Assembly: GCA_002633005.1 (NCBI GenBank)
Contig: NMRA01000356.1
Span: forward strand, 200,167-264,166
Direction of reading: 5' to 3'
DNA: 64,000 nt
DNA from: Phoronis australis
Lineage: Eukaryota; Animalia; Phoronida
This document shows, piece after piece, positions 12,371 through 26,763 of the stretch. A program made the position numbers and the translations under genes. The notes below the pieces were generated by a model. The model ran no database searches. It was not told where the DNA came from and worked only from the letters and a program-made list of their open reading frames with translations. Each line of letters begins with the position of its first letter. Position 1 is the stretch's first letter.

Positions 12371-15300
12371 GTAAAAACACTGACATTTAGTTATTAAAGT
12401 GGCTGTAAATCTGCCTTCTGTCAAAAATTAACTTTTAATTTAGCACACTTGGTGTCATAAAACTGATACTAAGTTGTTCCTTACTCAAATTAGAGAAGAT
12501 ATTTGGGAAGACTTGATTATTTGTTAATGTTTGAGACTTGGCTCAATATCTTGACTTGTAATGTGCACAACTTGATCTCAGCCTGTACCAGTGTCAGTGT
12601 TTTCCCCGGCCCATGGCTTATGTTATGTGCACACCTTGATCTCGAGCAATAGGAGTACCAGTGTTTCTCCAGCCCCATTACAAATCTGAAGAAGAAGCAA
12701 CTTCATAACAAATCAAATGTTTTCTTTGACAGACGAAGGAAAAGTCATGTTTATAGCCCCTTAAATGGACGACATATTTTCTCAATTAAAGTTGAAAATA
12801 CTTCATACTTTCATGATTGTTTTGTTTAATTATTAATTCAAGTGTCACTCACGTGTTGTTATTGTTGTTGTGGTTGTTATTAGGTCTACTATTATTACTA
12901 TCATTGTTATAATTATCAATTAATTCAACACAGGTTCATTTCAGTGCTTCTGTGTGGAATGTCACAATTATTCCAAGCACAAGATTAGTTACAATAAAAA
13001 ATACAAACTTCGCATAAATAAAGAGCATTGGCAGACTGGTGTCACATCTGGGCAATGTTGTACCTTCAGAGTGACCCTTTCTTGTCATTAAGTACTGTGG
13101 TCAACAATTGGCCAAAGTTTCTGTATGGCAACAGCCCAAAATTATCTGTCACCTTCTGGGGGGCTTAGCATGTCAGTGTCTGAACCCTCAACCATGATGT
13201 AATTTTGAATCTTTTATGAGAGTTTAGGAGCTGATATGCCTTTCAGCTAAAGGCAACATTATCTTTGCCAGGATTATAAACAGATATTTAGAATAGACAG
13301 ATTAGGATGTCTAAAGTGAGGAAGGCATTTCATAAGGGAACTACAACTTCCTGAGAACAGAAGACTGGATTACATAACTGTTATTTCTGGTCTGTGAACT
13401 CCTCTCCCATCCCATTTGTTGGTATTACAACAGGAACAAGTCAGATTGTGTTATGCATGATGTAGGTTTCTAAGACATTTATTTATTATTTGACTAAGAG
13501 TTGCTTCAGTACCATGGCACTGCCTAGACAAAACAGAAACTTGATTTCACTGGTTTTTAAGACTCACACAGCGATCATTTAAAGCAAAGTCATAATTACC
13601 TAACTTCAAACTAGAACAAATCTAGTTTCTGGTGTTGAGATTGTGGCAAAGTTTCTTAAATTTGGAACATAATGTGGCACAACAGTAAAATTTTATTTTA
13701 TCAAAATTTTTTATTCAAATAAGCAAGAAAACAGCTTAATTTCGTTATTTGAAAAAAAAATCATTTAGTGTGGCTGTCATCAACAGACACAATGAACTTT
13801 TGAACATTTCTGGTATTACAACAAGCAATTGAAAAATATAAAGAATGACAATTAGGCCATTTTTTTGCTTCTATTTGAGGATACTAAGTTACCCCTAAAG
13901 TAGTGACTATACTTTGGTCTGTTGTGAAATTGTGCAGAACTAATTCGCAGTACTAAGAAGCCTTAAAATGCCAGGCAAAAAGTTACATTTTTGTAGATAG
14001 TGCTGTAGGCTTTCAGTGCTCGGCTGTAACAGAATTTGTATGGGAAGTTTCTTCAGAATTTTCTTTTGAACGTAGTGCTTCTGCTGGGAGCTTGTTCTCT
14101 TCTTTTCAAAAATCTCATTTTTCACTTAGTAGTCAAGTACAGTGACAAGGTCAAGGTGAAAATCAACTTGAAAATAATGTCGACATTACAAAAACTTCCA
14201 GTTTGGTTTCAATTACAGATGTCCGTAGTTTCCAATTCGAGGCTAAATCCAGATATGAATCTAGTCCCAGTCTTTTGTCTGGCATCTACCATGGTTCAAA
14301 AATTTACTAAAATCAAATTAAACTGATTTTATTGAAGGGTACCAGATAACTGTAACATATCTACTGTGGCTAATTTTTAACGCACTTATTCGGGTGAAAA
14401 TTTCCTAACCTAATTTTTTACAAGGAATTCAATGTAAGATGCTAAACGGTTCGAAAAATCAGCACGTTTTAGGCTGCAATGTAACATCGTATTTCAGCTA
14501 AAGTTTTATGACTGAAATATCGCTAATGTGTAATACACAAATCCATGGTTTTGTCCACCATCTTGAATATTTATGTGTGTTCGTAGAGTAAACACACCAA
14601 GTCACGTGTGTTACCCATGTAAATGAACAGGAGGGTAAAACCTGTTGAAAATGGTATATTTCAAAAGATATTGATTAGATTGTCAAATGGTTGCATTTAT
14701 GCTTTTCCCAACATTTTCTGGATTGTCACAAACTCGTTGTTCCTGAGAACCTCATATGCTTAATTTTGGAACACATTGTAAAATGCTGATGTTGTCAGTA
14801 AAAATCTGGTAATTAGCAAGGTCGGACATATTTTCACAAATTCTAGCCGAGGGTCAATATTGACACTTCTAGTTAGCACTGGATACAAAGTAATGTAAAA
14901 GCAAGTTTTTAAATTATTCCAATTATAGCCTTATTTCCATTACAATCTCCAATTATTATTATTACTATCACGAAGCACATGGACAGCGTACCAAAGCTGA
15001 TATCTGAGGGATATGCTTGTTTATTCTACTAAGTTCTTCACCATGGGAGTGTGCAGGTACTTCGCATGCCCAACTACAAACCATGTGCTCATGTGCTGCT
15101 CTGTTCCATGCAAAGTGACCCTAGATCAGCGTTCCTGATAAACGGTCTTCTCGACAACAGTGGTTCGTTACAAATTTATTGGAGAAGTACAATATGTCAT
15201 GAAACAAAACGAGTTTCTTATGAGACTAGCCAAAGGAACAGTGGACTCCTGTTGGCAATAGCTGTGTTCAGTAGTTGTTAGTATTATGAAATCAAATACT

Positions 15301-18300
15301 GTAATGAGAAAGTCACAAAATACTCAGGAATGGTAAGTTGTAACAAAAATGATGGCAACTGCTTGTGGTGCTTGACAAGGTCAATCAATATCAGTTTCTG
15401 GAAGGATAGCAGAGCTATGGCGCCACAAAGTAAAATTTGAAGAGTAGTCTCCACAGCTCCATCTTGTGTGTAATTTCGATGAAAAATATTAGGAGCCTTT
15501 GATGTGGGAAATGTTGTGTATAAATTGAGAAATACGACATGTAGAATGTGAACAATCAAACAACCAAGAGAACTTCATATAACAGAGCAACACACTTGGC
15601 AAAATTGTTTCGCTAAGTAAAAACACACTCTCTGGTGCACAAGAGATGGGCATATTTTTCAAATATTTAGACATTAGGGTTCTCAAGACAGACTTGTATT
15701 ACATTTATTTTATAAAAAGTAATTTAATTATCCGTCTATTGTGTAGTGATACGCGTATAACAATGTCCACTGCACTCCGGCCTTGGGGAAGGCAGTTAAT
15801 GGACTGCTGCCTATGAGAAAAATTGTGTTCTGTCAAGTAATATCTTTTTCTTGATAATCACCCCCTTTATTGCTAAACTGATTCATTTACAAACAGAACT
15901 TGAATATCCCAACTGTCATATCTAATAAATTGAACCTGTAACCAAATCTGTGGCTTTATCACATTGATAGACCCAAAAAGAAATATCCGTCTAGGCATGT
16001 ACAATAGAAAAAGTGTACTCCAAATGATTGTAATAAAAAGCATTTGTGTAAAATTTATGGAGTCGGTTTTATTAAAGGGAAGGGGCATTAAAGTTAAGAG
16101 AGTTAAAAGGAGAGTTTTGTTGCCTTGTGTATGTCAAAGAGTTGAATTTCTATTTTGCCTCAGGGCTTCTAAGACATAATACAAAGGATTGTTAATATGG
16201 CCCTGTTACACCTCCTCCCAGGATATTTTTCTCAGTTCAAAAGCCCCGCATATTCGAGTCTAAATAAACGACACAATGAAGGTTTGTGTTTTGTGCGAAG
16301 ACTCTTCAGTATAATGTATCAGTGTGTATCACAGTATTATTTCATGTTTTTAGTCAAATATTTGGTAATGAGATATGCAAACTTGTTGTACATCTTGTAG
16401 TGTTGTTTTTACCAGTAGTTGACCTACCAAAACACAATATTGTAGTTGTACAGCTCAAGATGGAGCACTTCTGTGTGTGTGTGTTTTTACATATAGTTAA
16501 CTAGTCTCACTAACTCTTATGTTATTTTGCGTAAAAAGTACACAATTGTCATTTATCCATTTCTCCCAAAGTATAGCTACTTTGCTACAGATGATACATT
16601 AATGTTACATGTTGTTTGGTGACAAACCATGCATTAATATTTTTAGCCTTTGTTTATTTTTGTTTAGAATTTGGCAAAAAAGCTTTCTGTTGTGTTGTGT
16701 CCAGTTTTCAGCCATGTTGTGTGCTAAGTAGGAGATAATAACTTACATTTTTTATTTTCCTGACTTGGCAAAGCACTGTCCCCACGAACTATTAGTATAA
16801 GTTAGTAATAATTTCAGTCATGATAATAAGGATGTGAATAATTAAAAAAACTAAAAGTATATTTGTATCAATGAAGTACCGTACCATTAGTTTTCTCTTC
16901 TCTCTCTAGGTGTCCTGTACATGTTGAATGATTCATAACAAAAAATTGAAGAACAGCTCAGTAATTTGAGAATGTCTGATCTTTATATCCGATATCAGTT
17001 TTACTTTCGTATGAATCTTAGGTGGACATTGGAAGGTGCAAGATATTACAAGAGTCAGGCTCGAAATCAGTGCTTACATGGACAGATGTTTGAAGAATCC
17101 TTGTCCCCTCGGGCCGCCTGTGAGCACTTTACAAAGTTCACATCAGAGGCTAAAATGGTGGAAATTAATGTCAAAAGACATTCACTGTCTGCAATAAATT
17201 GATGAACCCAACAATAAACACAAGTCTCACTCCTTCCCTGCACATGTGTGTCCATTGAAGTAAGTCATCTGGTTACAGAAGTGCTAGCAAAAAGGCCAGC
17301 AGTACTGGGGTGACACTTTGAAACCGTTTGTATTTCCAGTTTTTCTTTACTCACCAAAAATGCTTACCAGATTGAAGACGCATTCTAGTACATTATATAC
17401 CCTGTTCACGGGCCAATAGCATTTTCCCTGGTACTTTTACCAGTGTGAATGGTTGCAAATGTCGCTTTTGTTGCCTTGTTGCTGGCAGTTTAAATTACCC
17501 TAAAACTGTGGTCATTTTCGCTAGCACTTTTGTAGTCAGAGCATGTACTTCCAATGACATACATGCACAGGGAAAGGATCCTTGTATTAGTCATTATGAT
17601 AATCAATTTATGAAGTTGGTGAACATGCTTTGACTTCAATTTCACTTTAAATGTAATTTGAGTGGTGAGGATTAACTGTTGAAAACACAGTCTGCATGGC
17701 TAAAACACTAGCATTTTCAACTCTGAAAACCTGCTAGTCTTTCCGCCACTCATGTGAACCTAGTAACAGTAACATCGGATTGTTGCCAATGGCCGATGGC
17801 AGCTTGCACCAACTCAAGGCCATTGGTTGTGCTCTCAGTTGACGCTAAACTGTCTTACCCAGACATTAGTCCAATTAGGTTTAGTTTGAGCACTTTCCCT
17901 CTAATGATTGCTCAGGGTCAGATTTTATGAATGAAGTTTTGAAGGTCATGTGGATATTAAATGAACAAGCCTCTGGCAAAAGGTCTAGTACTAAATGAGC
18001 ACCAGCCAAGTGTGGTATTGGCTGTTATTGCATTTTCTTTTTGCCTTGTTTTCATAGTGATTGTTAGCAAATTTCAATTCCCAGCAGTTGGTTTTTGGGC
18101 CAGTCACAGTAAGTGTGGTTATGGCAACTTTCATTTGTTTTGTGTTGAAAATTTTACTTCTACAGAAATGTGTGCGTTTCCTAACCAAGCTGTTTGATAC
18201 GTTTGCAGTTTGCGTAATATATTTTCAACGTCGCTTAAAAATAATTCCTAAAATTACTATTTTTCAAAAGGTGATAACACTGATAAATTGCTTAAAGGTA

Positions 18301-21300
18301 ATACTTTGAAATATTGACAATATTAATGATGGAGTGATGTTTATTTTTCTTCAGAATTTGACAAACAAAATTTCAATTTTAAATCATACTATATTGCCGA
18401 ACATTTATGAAGTGTTTTTTTGAGATTGCTTTCTCTTCCTTTTTTGTTAAAAGCCTCATGAAATGAATTCATAACAAAAACCTATATCTATATCTTTCGA
18501 ATAATGCTCTTTCTTTTTGATTTCTGATGCTTAGCCTGACTATGCAAATACAGTCATTGAAACTTTTGGCTTTTGGCAGTAACACGAGGCAACTCCTACC
18601 CTAACATTTGTGTTTTTATTACCCCAATGCCTAAGCAAGTCAAACTGTGACTAACCCTTCCTAATCCATTCACAAATTAATGTGGGTGGCTTAGCCATGC
18701 TGCCGAAGAAAACCTATTCGCTAATTTCTCTTACAATGCATCGAATTTAAAAATTCGAAGCCAGCTAATATTTATTTTTGAATTTTAATCCTAGTCATGT
18801 TGGTTGTTTGCCGTACTTATTGTCCGTTTTTTTTGACTTTGAAACTCGTGATCTAAATAGGGAGGTTGATTTACCATCGCAATCATCTCATCCAATACAC
18901 ATTCGGTGAAGCCCATGAATAGCGACTAGCCTACTTCAATCTGTGCTGGCGCCATCAAGCCTTTGATGTTCCAAGGAATTTACTGAATACTGTAGGATGT
19001 ACAGTGCATGCTTTCTCGCCGACTTGTATGCAAATCCTGTTAGCTTAAGAGTTGCCTTGTGATCGAAAATTTTGTGTGCAATTGGCAAAGCCTTTTTCAT
19101 GGTTTTAGTCCAGTTAGAAGAATCAGTCCAAGATTTAAAAAGGTTTGTATTTACTGGAATAGGCTATAGACAAGAACAAAGAATGAAATAGGTGAAGAAG
19201 AAGAAATTGAGTGCTGTCTGTTTGTCAGGTTTCCTATTTTTGATTGTAGCCTGAAGACAAAATTCAATGTTTTTGCTTGGCAGATGCCTAAGGACTTGGA
19301 TTCTTGACCAACATCAGCTCAGTTTGACAGTGAGAGAAAGCTTGAAACAGTCTGTTATACAAAGTGATCTGTTGTTTTACAATTAGACAAGTGCTCCTAT
19401 CTGCTGCTCACACCCAGTTCACAGCCTGTTACAAGAACCCTCTGTCATGTTTCATTACCAGAGCTGGTTCCCAGTTAGCAATCATCCATAGCTTTTGCCT
19501 TGCTCTATCAGTATGTGGTCTGTTCTGGGTAATACACAGTCCACTGGCTGTTAAAAGTATTGAGTAAAGTTTGCGTCAGTCAAAAACATCATTTCAAGAG
19601 ATTTTATCTGAATAAGGCTAAATGTAAGTTATCTGAAGGAGTGCACAAATTCAAGCAATCATACTGCGTAACTTTTAATTAGTGAAGACCAGGCTTACGT
19701 GTGCCGGACATTTTGTTGTAATACTATTGCTATTATTATTAGTAGTAGCAGCAGTAGCTGTAACAGTAGTATTGTTAGTAGTAATATCGTTAGTAATATT
19801 GTTGTAATCCTTATTTTCTTTCAGTTTTTTTTATTCAAGTGCATTTCAAAGGGTTGGGTGCCTAGCAATATAAATGCATAATACACTCAAAACCGGATTG
19901 GGGGTCAAATAAACATCCAGTGAAGGTACACAATTTAGTGTTAATTGGTTGCAGGTATGCAACAAGTGCGTGAAGGTGAAATTATTGACGGTGCTCACAC
20001 ACCTGGACTTAGGCTCTAACCTAGCTCAGCTCAGACCCAAAGATTAAGTACACCACACTATTTGTGTACAATTTATAAGTTTACTCAAAGATTCCTATGT
20101 ATTCGGTCACTTTTCGTGCACAGAGATTATTGAACCCGGCCCCTGGCTTGCTTTTGAGATCTAGTCCTGTTTTAATTAGGCCTTGGGTGTATTGCCAATC
20201 ACAGGCATTTAATGTGAACATTTTGGAAAGTGAGTTAGGTTTTTAACCAAATGTGAGCATTCACCCAGACAATAAGACAATTAAACATTTCTAGTGTAAG
20301 ACATCAGCTGGCCTGAAGTTGTTTAAAAACAGTTATAAATTCAGAAACCAAGTAAAAGGACTACTGATGGTTTGTTGTTATTTTATTTTGTTTTGTTTTT
20401 CACCTAGTACAGCAGGTGCTGCCTTGGGTAACCTATACAGGTTATAATAGTTTTCATTCCTTAGAGCAGTAAAATGTTTGCCAAATGCCCTCAAGAAAAA
20501 TGTGGAAATATTCCATTGCATATGTCTTGGAAATGTTATCATAACAGGCCAACATGTAATAAAATTCTTCAGTTAGTTGTAATCTATTGTGATTTGTGTA
20601 ACAGGTTCTTGTAAACTGATCGTAGATGATGAAACTCACCTGAACTTTCCTGACACCAGCATCGCATGGTGCAAATGTTTTGAATTTACTTGCGAGTCTC
20701 ACTGTTTCTCTAAATATCTTCGATTTGCTTCACAGCATTTTTACCGTTTTTATTGCTCCTGGAAGTCAGGTATGGCAGCTGAAAGAGTAATATGAAATTG
20801 TATTCGTGTGCACAATTCAGTGCTTCAAACTGATTGTCTAACTCTCGTTGTTTTTATCCATTAAAAGATAATTACACAGTAAATTTCTCCTCCCTTACAA
20901 GAAAAAACATTGGGGAACGGGTATCCGCTCAATTTGTTGGTTTAGTCGGCCTTATAACTTTTTGTCCCAACCTAACAGTAGAGGTAAGAGGAACAAATTT
21001 CTACAGTATCTTTGTGTATAACAGAGGGGACACATTCCACTCAGGGTGTGAGTTCGTCGTCCACAAGTTGGTACCTTTACCATGGACGGCCACATTACAA
21101 GAATGCAAATCTCAAATAATATTTTTACTTATAGGTTTCAGCTTCCCGTTTGATTTTGAGCAGCCTTGTCAAGCACTATGCCTGATCATTCGCTTATTTC
21201 AATTTCTGTAATTTTCATAATTTAATTAACAAACCGGGCACCAGCATCTTAATTGACTTACCATTGTGAAGTCAGTTGAGTGCCTGAGCAAAATGACATA

Positions 21301-21408
21301 CAGTAGAATTAACGTTAAAGTGGCTATGAACCCATGTTCCATCTAAAAAACGAACTTGATTGAAGTCACTGCTAAAAAATTGGTCTTGTATTCCTCTCTT
21401 TCTCTGAT

Positions 21409-21790
21409 GTGAAGTGATTTCTGACAGTTCGTTATTTGTTGAGAACACGCTGGGCACAAAATGACACACCGTAACAAGCCAAGTTGCAGAGCCTCATCTC
21501 AAAATCATAACAAACTGCAACTTCTTTTGAATTCCTGAAATCACAGTTTGAAAAAGGAACAATTTGATACAAATAATGTCATGGTAAGTGGTTTTAATCA
21601 AAAGTTGTTTTCTGTGATGAAAGGTGGGTTTATAACCACTTCAAAGTGTTATTAAATTTGTGCTTTTCCTCAAAAAAGTTTTTATTTAGGCCACTTGGTC
21701 TCAAATTGTTCCTTTGTCAAATAAGTGTGATTATTACTGGGTTTAGAAACTACTGACTTTTTGTTATTGCTTCAGACCAAGCTCTTAAGC
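21409..21790. mobile_element. Palindromic MITE-like family member
   Basis: Internal inverted arms TTTGAAAAAGGAACAATTTGATACAA / TTGGTCTCAAATTGTTCCTTTGTCAAA; shares CTGACAGTTCGTT and CCTGAAATCAC blocks with ~47490, 51558 and 52238. Confidence 0.6.
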
Positions 21791-22582
21791 TTTCAGGCCA
21801 CGGCATGGCCAGGCCATGTCCAAAGCCAAAGGCCACTTCTAAACTGAGTAGGGAACATACAAAGCTAATTTTGTAACAGTAAGGACCCAAAGTAAAAAAA
21901 GTGACTGAAAGCATAGGTTTAATGCTGTTTTATTTTTTGACAGAAATCTTGCATTAGTGTTGAATGTGTCTATTACTGTTACACCTTTTATTCCTCAAGG
22001 AAAGAACTTTAGATTGATGCAGAAAAGTACCACTTAAAATTGCTTTGACATAATGATTATGTGATGGTTACTTGAACTCTATAATGTAATCATGGACATG
22101 CCTTGCCTTCCAATCTTCCAACAAGTTTTCCAGTACAATTGTTTTTAAACTCTACGGACATCATTCAAAACTAAGTAGTTGAAGTTGTTTTCACTCTGCC
22201 ACTTGTTCCACTATTGCTCACGGCTGTTTGCACTGAGCAGACAATCAGAGGAAAACGAATGTCAAGATATAATAACAATGTTATGAAGGCAGCTCTCACT
22301 GTTTATTGTTGTGTTGGATGGAGTGGTAGCATCAGACTGTTAGTGGTGAATAGCTGGTGATGCAACTGTATTATTCCCACAGAACAGGTGCACTACAAAT
22401 GACAAAGTGACCGTTTCATTGGACCAGGTGTCTTGATTCTTCATGTTGTTGATCAGCACTTCATCTAGTTTCAGGGTAATCTTCTCTAGGAATTCAAGAA
22501 ATTTTAGACACTTGACATATCCAGCCTTGTTGTAAAGACTCCTTTATTCCATCTGCTGAAAACGTATTTTTCTAAATTTTAA

Positions 22583-23099
22583 AGAGGCTTGGAACGCGAC
22601 AAACAGATTAAATTGCATTATTGCCACTGAAACAGAATTCAACCTGCTCTCCAGGTAGTTTTAGGGTTTGTTCGTAAAGATTTTTAATTTCTGCTGATAT
22701 CAAAGCATATTCTTTTAGTTTCAAATTTCAAAAACTGCTTGCCACTTCGTCGATTTTTCTCCCACAAGGCAAAGTACGCTTTCTTATTTGGTATGGCAAG
22801 ACAGACTTTACACATTTCCCTTGTATGGAAAATGTGACGTTTGACCTCAAGTGACTTCAAGCTACTGACTGTGATCGCATGCGTGCATTTATCATAAGGG
22901 CCGGGGAGGGAGATTTAAAACTTTGTGGTAACCACACAGTTTTTCCTTCGCGCGTATTTAAAAAATCGTGAATTTTGTGATTATTTTTGGAAATTTCCTC
23001 GCAGAGGAATGTGAATTACTCTGTAGTAGAAGCTGCGAGTACTTTCGTCAGGAATTGTTTAAAATATATATTTGACGACCTTTCGCGCTCCATGCCTCT
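22583..23099. mobile_element. Non-autonomous DNA transposon with TTAA target site (Kolobok-like), 517 bp
   Basis: TIRs AGAGGCTTGGAACGCGA / TCGCGCTCCATGCCTCT (15/17 match), flanked by TTAA at 22579-22582 and 23100-23103; 5'-AG terminus; locally CpG-rich compared with its flanks. Confidence 0.8.
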
Positions 23100-26000
23100 T
23101 TAAGGTCCATGTTCGTAATTTAAAAATAAAAAAGACTTGTTCTCAAAAGTGCAAACCAGTGTTTAAATCGTCTGTGAAATCATTTCACTTGGAAAATTTC
23201 TCTTCAAAAAAATAATACAGTTTTAGTTTTTAAAACTTTTTCTTGTATGATTATGTTTTAACATCACGTTATTACCAAAATCTTTACCATTTAGCCATCT
23301 GAATGAATACCACAATTACACTTTGTGTCTTATATTAGCCAAAAAGCAAGTGCCTGTAATGTAGGTAAATACAATTTTTGGAATGTCATGTTTGTTTGCT
23401 GCTTTCCTCATTCCAGTAACCTAATTACTGTTGCTATTTGCTACAATAGAATAGTCAAATTTTGTACAAGTATTTTTTCTTTGTACAGTTATTACAATTT
23501 CATAGTTATACATCGCTGCACATGTTCTATCTTAGCTTCAGACCCATAAAGCATTTGAAATAATTTTCAGAATTGTCAAGCATTTTGATGCGTCCCTCTG
23601 AAAAAAAAAACGCTAATTTGTCTAGTGTGATCAAAGACATAAGTTGGGGTATAAAATTTACTGAATTGGTCTGACAAGCTGTAAGACATTCATTTTCACA
23701 GCTGTAGGCCATCTCTGGGTAAAAGTGTACTTAGGCCATAACCAGCTTTACTGGCTGCTTGATGGGCTATAAAGCCCCTGTAAAAGTGTTTCAAAGTTTA
23801 AACATTGTTGTTGCTTAGTGAAAGTGCTTAGCAGAAGAGCCATTTGGTAAAGAACACATCCTTAAACACTCCAGCGTGAAGCACGCCTGCAAAAAACCTG
23901 GTAATCGCCTGTTAATCTGGTTGGCAATGGGCGATGATAATTACAGTGCCAGGTATGTTATAATGCAAAACCCACGCTGACTGTTGGGCCGTAGCGGCTG
24001 TTAAAAAACCCAACATATATATTAACTTGTCCAAGAGGAATTATGTCGCTCCATGGGTGATCCCCTGTTGAGGATTTTTCATCTGCGGTCTGACAATTAT
24101 TGTTGTCTTGTAAGGTATGTACTTTGCAATACTCACTTGTGCTGTCGGTGATTAAATTGAGACATAGTCCTCTTCACTGTTGACTTTTTTCTTTTTCTTT
24201 GAAAACCACTGCTTTGTTATAATTAGAGGGGTCACTACTGTGCGACACCATTTAAGGCATGATAAAATATGATTTGTGTATTCTGAAGTCTGTTGGAGCA
24301 TTGGTGCTACTGGTTAAAGTGTTCATCATTTTGTAAGTTTTAGCTTGCATTCTCACATAAATGATATGTGTTGGATTTTTCTAGATTGTGCAGCGTTCTG
24401 ACTGAAAGTGTTTTGCTTCCAGTGTTTGCAACATTGACAAGGAGTTTATCAATCTTTCCAAAAATGTTTATGGATAACATGTCTGCTTTGGCATTTCACA
24501 TTGTTTAAAATAAACAAATGACACTGTCAAAGAATGACCAATATAATTCAAATCTGTATTTTGGAGTATTGGACCCTTTTGACAACTTCATTGTTTAGTA
24601 ACTTTACTATAATGTTGAAGGGACTAGTTCTCACTGTGATATTGATTAAAATACAGCTGCAATCTCTCATTTGTAATGCTATTACCTAATTTCTATAAAA
24701 CTTTAACAAAGAATAGAACATACTAGAATCAAATTGAAATAAAGATGAGAGGAGTTTGAGGGAGCAGACAGTTGTAAATCAATGTTAAATGACAGATGGA
24801 AAGGAATAGCCAAAAGGCAAATAAATATATTCTAAACTATGCGTGTTTTATATGGCTGATGTTATTAACTTTCCGTCTCATGAAAATACTTGTTGCGTGG
24901 TGTAGCAACATCGATAGCGTAATGATACACTCATATAAAAACACATTAAGTTTAACATATTATTCCACATTCATACCATTGCCGACTCTAATTTTTTCCT
25001 ATACAATAACAGTGTCGACATGACCACACAGTAACTTTTTGGGGTTTTACACGGCCACGTGACACTGTTGTTGCATTGTGTATCAAGACTATGTGGTATA
25101 CAACTGTAATATTTCACTTTTTTAGCTTCGTCAAACTACTACAAGTGATATCACAAAATATAGGATACAAGATATATACTGGGTATGTGTTAAATTACAT
25201 GTGTTTAAATATGGATGATGTCAACCTTACAATTATTTTTTGGTTTACTGCACGGTTATTGCACGGAGTGGGCGGAATGGGCGTATCAAGACATGTGTGG
25301 TGTAAGGTATGTTATGCAACATACAATTTGGCGCAATATGACATCATCACAATATGAGATCGTGGTTGGAGGGATTTCATTCACTTTGTGTTGTGTCTAC
25401 ATGGTCTCAAAAGAAAGATGAACTTCATTTGAAAAAAAATGTTAGATTGTAGTGTGTTTCTTTCTCCATCGTTGATAAATCCTTTTGTACTGTGTCATAA
25501 GCTTTTTCCTACTTGATTAAAAAATGACTGATCCTTTAGGTTCACCAAGACGTTCCATGGCATTTTGCTAGATACCTAGGGATCCTGGATTTGGCTGTCA
25601 CAATCTGTCTACAATAAGGAATTACTTGATTGAGCTCGGAGAATGAAACTTGAATGCATGCCTGGTGCTTGAATAAAAGTTTGACTGAGAAACAAGAAAG
25701 TTTGTCTGTCCTTGAAAATATTTTTGGATGTGTGGCCGATAAGTTTTGAACGTATTTGCCTTTTGGACATTTATCAAACTATCGTCAACCATAGTTTCAA
25801 CAGATTGTCGCTCAAGTGGTCATTTCTTAAAGTCGTTAAGATGACTATAAATAAATTCCATCCTAAAAAGTTATCTACAGCAGCATATCTGGTTCTTTAG
25901 TGCAAACGTGAATTTTGTGGATTGACTTGGACTTTCAAGGGTAAGGCAGAAAGTATGAGGGGGCTTGGAAGGAAGAGGGGGAGAAAAAGACCCTTTCACA

Positions 26001-26171
26001 GTATGTTTACTGTTTTCCTTTCAGAATATTGATAGTTAACCTACAGAAATGGCCAAAGGGATAGACTCCATAGCATGAGCAATTTGGTGAGATAGTGTTT
26101 ATTGGCAAACAGAGAATTCCAACAGCAGGAGATCTAACATTTGACGTCGTTGTTTTTGTATTATTTTACAG

Positions 26172-26763
26172 TTATTCCATCATGGTTGCCTGTTGGTGTT
26201 ACCAACCAAATGAGAGACCGACATTCACCAAGCTGCGCAATATCTTTGATGGAATGCTGCAAGCGTGTTCTCCAGCCGACTACCTGGATCTTACGTTGGA
26301 CATTGATAAAGACTACTACCGAATGAGAGGCAGCTCGGAGAGCACTGAAACCTCTGCCAGTGTCTGGACCACTTTGGAAGGAGGCATAGAAAGTAGCAGT
26401 GGAGAGAATGTGCATATGGCATTTGAGGTCAGAGGTGAAGAACGTCCTTGGAATGACTCTGAGGCAACCAATAGCAGGCGTAATGACAATTCAACGGAGA
26501 CACAAGAAGAAACATCTGGAGAGAACCTGAATTTGGCATTTGATGCAAGTGGGGAAACAATTTCCTGTAATGTGTGGACTGATTCTGGGACTACAGGAGA
26601 TGGCCACCTTCAGCATTCAATAGAGATGCAAGACTGTTCACCTGCTTTCTTGCATGATGCCACCAGTGCAGTTGATAGTGGTTATGGAGATGGTGACTGT
26701 ATTGACTTGGTGATTGTTGGAAAAGAGATGCATTGTGATGGTGTTGTTGTCACAAAAATGTAA
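26172..26763 (+). CDS. Terminal coding exon of a receptor tyrosine kinase (FGFR/RET-like): kinase subdomain XI plus acidic Ser/Thr-rich tail
   Basis: Acceptor ttattttacag|T (phase 2), then YSIMVACWCYQPNERPTFTKL (the CW...RP.F..L motif) and DYLDL as in FGFR1 Y766 / RET Y1015; stop TAA at 26761-26763. Confidence 0.88.

Noticed and set aside
20116-20133. VHRD kinase motif
   Set aside because: Followed by Y-stop, with no exon context
23700-24020. Possible SINE/LINE 3' remnant ending GGCTGTTAAAAAACCCAA
   Set aside because: No A/B box, TSD or second copy visible
26095-26171. N-terminal part of the 222-aa ORF
   Set aside because: Intronic: GTG start and polypyrimidine tract upstream of the acceptor at 26171
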